Shown here in pieces: positions 6,593 to 13,644 of a DNA stretch of 25,375 bases (position 1 is the first letter of the stretch; each line of letters opens with the position of its first letter). The notes beneath the pieces are model-generated. The model was not told the DNA's origin, searched no databases, and saw nothing but the letters and a program-made list of their open reading frames with translations. Origin of the DNA: a virus (lineage: Duplodnaviria; Heunggongvirae; Uroviricota; Caudoviricetes). Made by a program: the position numbers and the translations under genes. The stretch covers positions 1-25,375 of IMG/VR virus record IMGVR_UViG_3300032241_002220; one strand, written 5' to 3'.

Positions 6593-7261
6593 ATGGAATA
6601 TACTAAAATATATTATTTACACAATGGTGATAACATACCTTTTTATATAGGGAAAACAAATGGAAATCTTATAGGTAGATTATCTGGTCACAAAATAAGA
6701 TTAAAAACTAATTTTTTAAAAATAGAGTTGATAGATGAAGTTTATGTTAATGAATGGAAATTCTGGGAATCGTGGTATATTGAATTATTTAAATCATGGG
6801 GGTTTAAGTTAGAAAATAAAAATAAAGGAGGGGGTGGTTTGGAATACCATTCTTATTTAACCAAAATTAAAATAAGTAAATCTAAAATAGGAAAACCTAA
6901 TCCTTTCAAAGGTATATCTAAATCAAAAGAATTTGGAGATATGATAAAAAATCATCCAACACGTGGTAAAAAAATAAGCGAATCTAATATGGGTAAAATC
7001 CATTCTAATAGAGGAAAACCATTTACTGAAGAACACAAACAGAAAATTAAATTAACTAGAGATTTTTTAAAAAATAGAAAAAATACATGGCAAAACACTC
7101 CAGTAATCCAATATGATCTTCAAGGTAATTTTATAAAAGAATGGAATTCGCAAAAAGAAGCATCTATTTTTTTAAAAACTAAAGGTGATGGGGTTGGAGC
7201 CTGTTGTAGAGGAAAACAAAAATCTGCTTATGGGTTTATTTGGAAATTTAAAACAAATTAA
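6593..7261 (+). CDS. free-standing GIY-YIG homing endonuclease with NUMOD3-like and NUMOD1 modules (HE2)
   Basis: KIYYL...FYIGKT..R, WESWYIE and LENKNKGGGG; GKPFTEEHKQKI; C-terminal PVIQYDLQGNFIKEW...CC.GK.KSAYGFIWKF. The start is placed at ATG 6593 (MEYTK). Confidence 0.85.
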   Translation: MEYTKIYYLHNGDNIPFYIGKTNGNLIGRLSGHKIRLKTNFLKIELIDEVYVNEWKFWESWYIELFKSWGFKLENKNKGGGGLEYHSYLTKIKISKSKIGKPNPFKGISKSKEFGDMIKNHPTRGKKISESNMGKIHSNRGKPFTEEHKQKIKLTRDFLKNRKNTWQNTPVIQYDLQGNFIKEWNSQKEASIFLKTKGDGVGACCRGKQKSAYGFIWKFKTN

Positions 7262-7270
7262 TTATATTTA
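7239..7270 (+). promoter_or_regulatory. putative promoter TTTGG-N19-TATATTTA embedded in the last codons of HE2
   Basis: TTTG at 7239-7242 is formed by the Ile-Trp codons (ATT TGG). After a 20-nt spacer, TATATTTA lies at 7263-7270, just past the stop codon. Confidence 0.65.
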
Positions 7271-7282
7271 AAATAAAAAATT

Positions 7283-7528
7283 ATGAGACAATTATTCTTT
7301 TTTCATGCTTCATGGTGTCAACCGTGTAAAGCCTTTAGTCCTATAATGGACCAAATTTCAAAACAAATCCCCGTGAAAAAAATCAACATCGATTACGAAC
7401 CCGATGTAAACGGTAGATTTAATGTATCTAGTATTCCTACTGTAATACTTGTGGAAAATGAACGAGAAGTTCGTAGATTTGTAGGTGTTAAATCTTACAA
7501 TGAAGTAATGGATTTTATAAAAGGTTAA
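7283..7528 (+). CDS. thioredoxin-family protein (WCQPC)
   Basis: FFHASWCQPCK, and VSSIPTVILV with the cis-Pro motif; 81 aa. Confidence 0.9.
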   Translation: MRQLFFFHASWCQPCKAFSPIMDQISKQIPVKKINIDYEPDVNGRFNVSSIPTVILVENEREVRRFVGVKSYNEVMDFIKG

Positions 7529-7531
7529 AAT

Positions 7532-8011
7532 ATGGGAAGATACATTTCAACAAAAACATTCGACAATTACTCTGTAGCCATCAGACAATGGAAAGCACAA
7601 CACTCACACTGTCAGCTACTCCACGGTTATGGAATTTATTTTAAAGTATGGTTTGCCTCAAATGAACCAATGGAAGAAAATCAACTAGACGATATGAATT
7701 GGATTGTTGATTTCGGTGGCTTTAAAGCACCACCTAAAGGCAATGGTTTAAAAGACTGGATGGACTATATGTGGGATCATACCTTACTAATTGAAAAAGA
7801 CGATCCGTACCTTGATTTCTTCAAATCAGCCGAAATGGAAGGTTTATGCCATGTTCGAGTAATGGATAAAATGGGATGTGAAAGTCTAGCTAAATTAGTT
7901 TATGACAAATTCAACGATGTATTATCTAAAACAGATGCTGGTCGTTGTAAAGTAATCAAAGTAGAATGCTTTGAACATGGAAAAAATTCATCAATTTATC
8001 AAGAAAATTAA
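7532..8011 (+). CDS. queD: 6-carboxy-5,6,7,8-tetrahydropterin synthase QueD (PTPS family, HCxxxHGY variant)
   Basis: RQWKAQHSHCQLLHGY, WIVDFGG, WDHTLL, GCESLA and VECFEH; T-fold size; pathway context. Confidence 0.85.
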   Translation: MGRYISTKTFDNYSVAIRQWKAQHSHCQLLHGYGIYFKVWFASNEPMEENQLDDMNWIVDFGGFKAPPKGNGLKDWMDYMWDHTLLIEKDDPYLDFFKSAEMEGLCHVRVMDKMGCESLAKLVYDKFNDVLSKTDAGRCKVIKVECFEHGKNSSIYQEN

Positions 8012-8017
8012 AATAAT

Positions 8018-8305
8018 ATGTGTGTAGTATCAATGGTCGGAGACCACTATAGTGACAAATGGAAACAACCTCAATGGAATGGAACTATAAGTAATGTAAC
8101 TTATAATCCTTCTCAAGTATCAAAAGAAGATTTTGACGCTTTAAAGAAAGACGTAGAAGAAATGAAAAAACTTCTTGAACGCGCTCTTGATTATGATAAA
8201 CGTAACAACGAACCTAACTGTGAAATGGAAGAAAAAGTAGCATTACTTAAAAAAGTAGCAGAATTGGTTGGTGTTAGCTTAGAAGATATATTTCCTAAAC
8301 AATAA
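8018..8305 (+). CDS. hypothetical protein, helical/coiled-coil C-terminal half
   Basis: ORF track; heptad-like FDALKKDVEEMKKLLERA. Confidence 0.65.
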   Translation: MCVVSMVGDHYSDKWKQPQWNGTISNVTYNPSQVSKEDFDALKKDVEEMKKLLERALDYDKRNNEPNCEMEEKVALLKKVAELVGVSLEDIFPKQ

Positions 8306-8317
8306 AAATAAAATAAA

Positions 8318-8542
8318 ATGAAGACAATTCTCAGTAATGGAGTTTACTCAAGAGTAGACAATGAAGTGGCTGACCGTGAAGTATCATTCGGTCGAGCTAA
8401 ATTTGCACCTAAATCCGAATGGAAGAAAAATGTTCGTGATATTAAACCAGAAGAAGTAGTTGTAGCCGAAGAAAAAGGTGAAAAAACTAAATCTAGAAAA
8501 GCTGAAAAAGCTCGTAAATTAAAAGCTAAACAAAGACAATAA
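8318..8542 (+). CDS. small basic hypothetical protein
   Basis: ORF track; Lys/Arg-rich tail KTKSRKAEKARKLKAKQRQ. Confidence 0.6.
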   Translation: MKTILSNGVYSRVDNEVADREVSFGRAKFAPKSEWKKNVRDIKPEEVVVAEEKGEKTKSRKAEKARKLKAKQRQ

Positions 8543-8543
8543 T

Positions 8544-8729
8544 ATGGAAGCTAATATTTCAAAACAAATTATTATGTGCGAGCGTTGTAAAGGCGAAGGT
8601 CAAGAATATAAACGTACTTCTCATTATGATAGCGAATATGTTATTTGTGAAGCCTGTAACGGTTCAGGTAGATTAGTTAAAGAAACAACCGTTAAATATT
8701 ATCCATTTAAAAACAACAATAATGAGTAA
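8544..8729 (+). CDS. small DnaJ-type cysteine-rich zinc-finger protein
   Basis: Two CxxCxGxG repeats (CERCKGEG, CEACNGSG) in 61 aa; no J-domain HPD motif. Confidence 0.7.
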   Translation: MEANISKQIIMCERCKGEGQEYKRTSHYDSEYVICEACNGSGRLVKETTVKYYPFKNNNNE

Positions 8730-9555
8730 AATAGATCCAAACAAACTACTTATCAGTAGCGACTTCTACTCAGTACAAGGAGAAGGTATTAGTACAGGTA
8801 TCCCATCTTACTTTATCAGATTAGGTTTATGTAATTTAACTTGTGGTATGAGCAATAAATTCCTCAACCAACTTGTTAAAGACAAAAAACTAGAAGACGG
8901 AGAAATATTTGTAGGTGATCTACAAGCAGAAGGTAAAGCAACTTGGACTTGCGATTCTACATCACAATGGGCCTGGAGAGGTGAAGATAAAGATTTTCAA
9001 TATTTGATTAATCAGTGGAAAGAACAAGGTATCTATGACGATATTTTAAATGGTACAATTCATATTATTTGGACAGGTGGTGAACCTACAATTAAAGGAC
9101 ATCAAGAAGCTATTGTAAATTTTATTCAATATATGTGGGAATGTGATTCATATAATTATACCCCATTTCATGAAATAGAAACAAATGGAACAAACTATAT
9201 TGAAGATGAACTTTTAAAGTCATTAGACCAAATTAACTGCTCCCCAAAATTATCAAATTCAGGTTTATCAGCTAAACAGCGTATTAATCCAGAGGCTATT
9301 AAACGTATAATGCAACATTCTAATTATCAATTTAAATTCGTAATTTCCAATGAAGAAGATGTACAAGAAATATTCCGTGACTTTATCATACCATTTAGCA
9401 TACCTCTTGCCAACGTGGTTTGTATGCCAGGATTAGATGATGCTGCTAATTTTGAAGAACGAACTCGATTTGTTTTGGAGCTTGCCAAAAAATATCGCTT
9501 CCGCGGTCTTACACGACTGCATATAGCTGCATGGAACAAAACATTAAACGTATAG
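8722..9555 (+). CDS. queE: 7-carboxy-7-deazaguanine synthase QueE (radical SAM), with a CX3CX35C cluster motif
   Basis: FYSVQGEG..TG.PS.FIRL..CNLTC, WTCDS, TGGEP, EIETNGT, CSPKL, FKFVI and R..RLHI. Confidence 0.9.
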   Translation: MSKIDPNKLLISSDFYSVQGEGISTGIPSYFIRLGLCNLTCGMSNKFLNQLVKDKKLEDGEIFVGDLQAEGKATWTCDSTSQWAWRGEDKDFQYLINQWKEQGIYDDILNGTIHIIWTGGEPTIKGHQEAIVNFIQYMWECDSYNYTPFHEIETNGTNYIEDELLKSLDQINCSPKLSNSGLSAKQRINPEAIKRIMQHSNYQFKFVISNEEDVQEIFRDFIIPFSIPLANVVCMPGLDDAANFEERTRFVLELAKKYRFRGLTRLHIAAWNKTLNV

Positions 9556-9557
9556 TT

Positions 9558-9992
9558 ATGATACTTCAGAACCGAAAAGCATATTACAATTACCATATAC
9601 TTGAAGAGTATATAGCAGGAATAATGCTAGTTGGTTCTGAAGTTAAATCTATTCGTAACCATGATATTAATTTTAAAGATAGTTATATTTATATCAACAA
9701 CAATGAAGTATTTGTTAAACAAATGTTTATAGGAAAATATAAACAAGCGGTACATACTAATCATGAAGAAGTTAGAGATAGAAAATTATTGTTAACTAGA
9801 AAACAAATACGAAACATTCAAAAACAGCTTCAAGTAACAGGTATTACATCTGTACCTTTAGAAATATTTGAAATGAGTGGTAAATTTAAAATTAAAATAG
9901 CAATAGCTAAAGGTAAAAAATTATATGATAAACGTGATGTTATCAAAGAAAAAGATATCAAATTACAAACCCAAAGAGAACTTATAAAATAA
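9558..9992 (+). CDS. smpB: SsrA-binding protein SmpB
   Basis: NRKAYYNYHILE..IAGIMLVGSEVKSIR, R.RKLLL, VPLE and AKGKKLYDKR. The start is placed at ATG 9558, just after the queE stop. Confidence 0.92.
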   Translation: MILQNRKAYYNYHILEEYIAGIMLVGSEVKSIRNHDINFKDSYIYINNNEVFVKQMFIGKYKQAVHTNHEEVRDRKLLLTRKQIRNIQKQLQVTGITSVPLEIFEMSGKFKIKIAIAKGKKLYDKRDVIKEKDIKLQTQRELIK

Positions 9993-10004
9993 TTATCTAT
10001 CATC

Positions 10005-10667
10005 ATGGATACAAAACCTTATATTTTTAATATTGAATATCAGAACGGACTTCGTATTTCATGTCATGACATAATTAATCCTGATACTGAATTTTGGATT
10101 CGTGTTTATATTAAAGCTCAAAATAGAAATAAAAAATTAATTTGGGAATCTAATAACTCAGGAGGAGCTATTGTAGATGAAATTATTATGAATAATGAAT
10201 CATTTAATATTCCTTTTTTAGAAACATCTATAAAAAATCATCATTTTACAGATTTCTTTTATAAAGGATTTGTTTCATATAATATTGAAATTACTAAACG
10301 TTATACTGAAGAAATAATATATTCTGAATCATTTGATTGTCGTTATAAATTAGTTAATTTTACTTTACATAGTAATGATATTAAAGAATTACATACTTGG
10401 ATGTGTGCTATTAAAAAGTTTAAAGATGAAACTAATTGTGAAATATCAATAATAAATGATTGGATATGGGAAAACAAAGAATATGATTTTGTAGACGCTT
10501 ATTATCGTTTTAAAGATAATTTTAACCAATATTATGCTGGTTATGTTATAGGACGATTTGGTGATGAAAACGCTCCTGATTTTTATAGAAATCCGGATGG
10601 GTTAAAAAACAAAACATCATTAGACATTATTGAAGATATTTTATACCATTTTACTAAGAAATTATGA
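10005..10667 (+). CDS. hypothetical protein, possibly the N-terminal half of a TibC/AAH-like (GT9-related) glycosyltransferase
   Basis: A beta-rich N-terminus is followed by ESFDCRYKLVNFTLHSNDIKELHTWMCAIKKFKDETNCEISI and YAGYVIG, reminiscent (from memory) of the S-x-S-L-G-D..W..F segment of that family. The LGD motif is absent. Confidence 0.35.
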   Translation: MDTKPYIFNIEYQNGLRISCHDIINPDTEFWIRVYIKAQNRNKKLIWESNNSGGAIVDEIIMNNESFNIPFLETSIKNHHFTDFFYKGFVSYNIEITKRYTEEIIYSESFDCRYKLVNFTLHSNDIKELHTWMCAIKKFKDETNCEISIINDWIWENKEYDFVDAYYRFKDNFNQYYAGYVIGRFGDENAPDFYRNPDGLKNKTSLDIIEDILYHFTKKL

Positions 10668-11314
10668 ATAATGTTTTAATGATAATGAATGCTCGAAACA
10701 TAGCCCCTTTTAAGGAATGTGTTGATAAATTAAACATTAATAAAGTTTGGTTTAAAGGTTATACTGAATTTGAACTAAATACACATATTAACAAATTTAT
10801 TCAGGAAACAAGTTATGATAATTATTTTTTAGCACCTGATGATTTATTAATTAAAAAACATCATTTTGAATTGTTAGAAAGAAAATTACAACATCATGAT
10901 ATAGTTACTGGTTGGGGTGTTTGGAGACAAAATTATAATTGGACTACAATTTATAAAAAAGATAAATTACACGTGTATTGTCAAGGATCATCATTACCGT
11001 TATTTAAAAAACATTACAACGTAGTTTATACACATGAAATAGACTCCATGCCAAACGAAATAGAAACCGCTTTTACCGGCTGGTTCTATACAGGAGCCAA
11101 ACGCCAAGTATGGTTAGATTATCCTTACCAAACCATTTCAGTAAGTAAAGAACAAAATGTTGCTTCAACAGATTTACATTGGTCTAAAAGAATATTGGAA
11201 GATAAAAAATATAAGCAAATATGTATTAAAGACGCTAGGGTAACTCATATTTCATATATTGGACATGATTACCTGGATTTAAAATTTGATACTAAAGAAA
11301 TCATATATGAATAA
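10664..11314 (+). CDS. putative GT-A fold (family 2-like) glycosyltransferase
   Basis: YDNYFLAPDDLLI (DxD-like), DIVTGW, FTGWFYTGAKR..W and a late VTH; ATGA overlap with the upstream gene. Confidence 0.5.
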   Translation: MNNVLMIMNARNIAPFKECVDKLNINKVWFKGYTEFELNTHINKFIQETSYDNYFLAPDDLLIKKHHFELLERKLQHHDIVTGWGVWRQNYNWTTIYKKDKLHVYCQGSSLPLFKKHYNVVYTHEIDSMPNEIETAFTGWFYTGAKRQVWLDYPYQTISVSKEQNVASTDLHWSKRILEDKKYKQICIKDARVTHISYIGHDYLDLKFDTKEIIYE

Positions 11315-11588
11315 AAAATTATTAAAAGAATCAATACAACGCAAAGAAAAATCACTATTGTTTTTTAATGCTAGTTGGTGTGGTGTTTGTCAAGATGTTA
11401 ATCCTATAGTAGAACAAATTAGAGAATCAAAACCTGATTATAGATTTTATAACATGAATATTGATGATAGGGATACTGAAGAAATAAGTGAAATATTTGA
11501 AGTTGATTTTATTCCTGTTTTAGTTGTAATATCTGAAACGGGTTATAAAGTTTATGATGGTAAACATCAAATTAAGAAATTACTTTAA
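11307..11588 (+). CDS. thioredoxin-family protein (WCGVC)
   Basis: FFNASWCGVCQ and VDFIPVLVV. The start is placed at ATG 11307, overlapping the upstream gene by 8 nt. Confidence 0.85.
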   Translation: MNKKLLKESIQRKEKSLLFFNASWCGVCQDVNPIVEQIRESKPDYRFYNMNIDDRDTEEISEIFEVDFIPVLVVISETGYKVYDGKHQIKKLL

Positions 11589-11620
11589 TTTGGTTGTATA
11601 AAAATAAGTTATTATATTAT
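11589..11620 (+). promoter_or_regulatory. putative promoter TTTGG-N19-TATATTAT upstream of folE
   Basis: TTTG at 11589-11592, a 20-nt spacer and TATATTAT at 11613-11620. Confidence 0.65.
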
Positions 11621-11641
11621 TAGAAATAAAATTTATATTAA

Positions 11642-12277
11642 ATGGAGTTATTGAAAAAATCAAATGGTAGCTTACCACGCACGCAAGAAGAAATCGATAA
11701 TATGATTGATCAAGCTGAAAAAGCGTATGGTGAGTTTCTTACAGCAGTTGGATTTGATTATAAAGCAGATCGTCAAACTGAAGATACACCTCGTCGTGTA
11801 GCCAAAGCATGGCTTAAAGACCTAATTGTAGGTTCAATTACAGATGAACCAAAAATCACAGTATTCCCTAATGATGAAGGATATAGTGGATTAGTAATCC
11901 AATCAGGTATTCCTATTGTTAGTATGTGTGCACATCACAATTTAGCATTTACAGGTTATGCTACTGTAGCTTATGTACCTGGTGAAAATGTAATTGGATT
12001 ATCTAAATTAAATCGTATTGTAGAATGGTTTTCTCGCCGTCCACAAATGCAAGAATCATTAACACAACAAATTCATGATTATATTGCTGATAAAATGAAA
12101 TGTGGTTCAGTAGCAGTAAGTATTGCTTGTAAACATACTTGTTGTTCACATAGAGGTATTAAACATCCTTCAGTAATGACTACAAATAAATTTAGTGGTG
12201 TGTTTATGGAAAAGGATAATTTAATTAGAGAAGAATTTTTACACGCAATTGAAACAAACGCCCCTGCTTTAAAATAA
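11642..12277 (+). CDS. folE: GTP cyclohydrolase I
   Basis: DTPRRVAK, SMCAHH, GLSKLNRIV..FSRRPQMQE.LT and HTCCSHRG. Confidence 0.95.
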   Translation: MELLKKSNGSLPRTQEEIDNMIDQAEKAYGEFLTAVGFDYKADRQTEDTPRRVAKAWLKDLIVGSITDEPKITVFPNDEGYSGLVIQSGIPIVSMCAHHNLAFTGYATVAYVPGENVIGLSKLNRIVEWFSRRPQMQESLTQQIHDYIADKMKCGSVAVSIACKHTCCSHRGIKHPSVMTTNKFSGVFMEKDNLIREEFLHAIETNAPALK

Positions 12278-12681
12278 TGGAAAAGATATATTTAAACTGG
12301 GCTGGTATAGAATCATATATTGATACTTTAGCTTATAAAATAGCAGCAAGTGGAAAACAAGTAACAGTTATTCATGGATTGTCTAGAGGTGGATTAATAC
12401 CCTCAGTATTATTATCTCACAAATTAGGTATTCCTTATGTAAATGATTGGCCTATACTTAAACATTTATATGATCCTAAAACAACACTAATAGTTGATGA
12501 TATTTGCGACTCGGGTAAAACATTAAAACCTTATACTGATTATATTACAGTTACTCTTCACCACAAAACAACAGCTATTGTTGAGCCTACATTTTGGGTT
12601 AAAACAGTAGAAGAAAACGAATGGATTGTTTATCCATGGGAAAGTAAAGAATCACAAACAATTCAAGATTATAAATTATAA
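12277..12681 (+). CDS. type I phosphoribosyltransferase (Gpt/Hpt-like purine PRTase)
   Basis: GLSRGGLIP, PRPP-binding LIVDDICDSGKT and WIVYPWE; its ATG overlaps the folE stop (TAATG). Confidence 0.88.
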   Translation: MEKIYLNWAGIESYIDTLAYKIAASGKQVTVIHGLSRGGLIPSVLLSHKLGIPYVNDWPILKHLYDPKTTLIVDDICDSGKTLKPYTDYITVTLHHKTTAIVEPTFWVKTVEENEWIVYPWESKESQTIQDYKL

Positions 12682-12682
12682 T

Positions 12683-12844
12683 ATGCAACCTAAAGAATCA
12701 AAATCAAGTAGACACTTTAAAATCAGTTTGATTAAATCAATTACAAGAATATTTTCAGGATTATCTTTATGTTTTGGTTTATTACATTTAGCTGGAATAT
12801 TTTTAATATTAGCTGAATTTTTAGGTATAGCAGAAGAATTTTAA
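12683..12844 (+). CDS. small membrane protein (53 aa)
   Basis: The start is placed at ATG 12683, just after the PRTase stop. Hydrophobic IFSGLSLCFGLLHLAGIFLILAEFLGI. Confidence 0.6.
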   Translation: MQPKESKSSRHFKISLIKSITRIFSGLSLCFGLLHLAGIFLILAEFLGIAEEF

Positions 12845-12854
12845 AATAAATAAA

Positions 12855-13307
12855 ATGATAACAATATACGCACATAAAACCCATCCAGATGCAGTTATAC
12901 CAACTGTAGCATATGGTTCAACATCAGCATGTTTTGATATAACATGCACTGAAACAACAACAATCCCTGCTAGAGGTAAAGCAGTAGTACCAAATGGTTT
13001 AAACCTAACAATCCCAGATAATTTAAATTATTGGATGCAAATTCAATTACGTTCTAGTAAAGGTTTCAAACATGATTTGGTACCTCATTACGGAACAGTA
13101 GATGCTGGTTACACAGGAAATTTAGGTATTAAAGTTTACAACTTAGGTGATACTGACGTAGTAATTGAAAAAGGTGAAAAATACGCTCAAATAGCTGTTA
13201 TTGAAAGACCTGAATATGAAATTATTGAACTAAACGATCAAGAATTTGAGTCATTTAAAACAACTCAACTTCGTGGAGATAGCGGATTTGGTTCAAGTGG
13301 AAAATAA
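12855..13307 (+). CDS. dut: trimeric dUTPase
   Basis: All five motifs are present: SACFDI, LRSS, GTVDAGYTG, YAQI and RGDSGFGSSG. Confidence 0.92.
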   Translation: MITIYAHKTHPDAVIPTVAYGSTSACFDITCTETTTIPARGKAVVPNGLNLTIPDNLNYWMQIQLRSSKGFKHDLVPHYGTVDAGYTGNLGIKVYNLGDTDVVIEKGEKYAQIAVIERPEYEIIELNDQEFESFKTTQLRGDSGFGSSGK

Positions 13308-13327
13308 ACAATTAAAATAAATATAAA

Positions 13328-13621
13328 ATGTCAACATTACACGAAAAATTTAATCAATTAAAAGAAATCATTCAAAGATCAAATCCAAACCCTCAATTTG
13401 GAGCAATGATGCAAGCCGTAAATGAACTAGAAGCAGCTTTACCTGCTAAAATTGATAACGCTGAAATATCTACTCTTAATGCTATGGTAGATACAAGTAG
13501 AGAACCTTTTATTCATCCTCCAGTTGAAGTAAATGAAATACCTTTAACACCTAAGAAAGGAGCTAAGAAAAAATCAACTTCTACAGACGAAACATCGACT
13601 GAAGAAGCATCAGCACAATAA
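13328..13621 (+). CDS. hypothetical protein with a disordered C-terminus
   Basis: ORF track; no motif recognised. Confidence 0.6.
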   Translation: MSTLHEKFNQLKEIIQRSNPNPQFGAMMQAVNELEAALPAKIDNAEISTLNAMVDTSREPFIHPPVEVNEIPLTPKKGAKKKSTSTDETSTEEASAQ

Positions 13622-13644
13622 TTAATTAAAAAAGGTTTTATATA

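Noticed and set aside
5418-12683. Longer upstream starts given by the track (5418, 6569, 9531, 11286, 12626)
   Set aside because: They overlap upstream genes or promoter boxes. The downstream ATGs (5439, 6593, 9558, 11307, 12683) match family N-termini or the local gene-coupling pattern.
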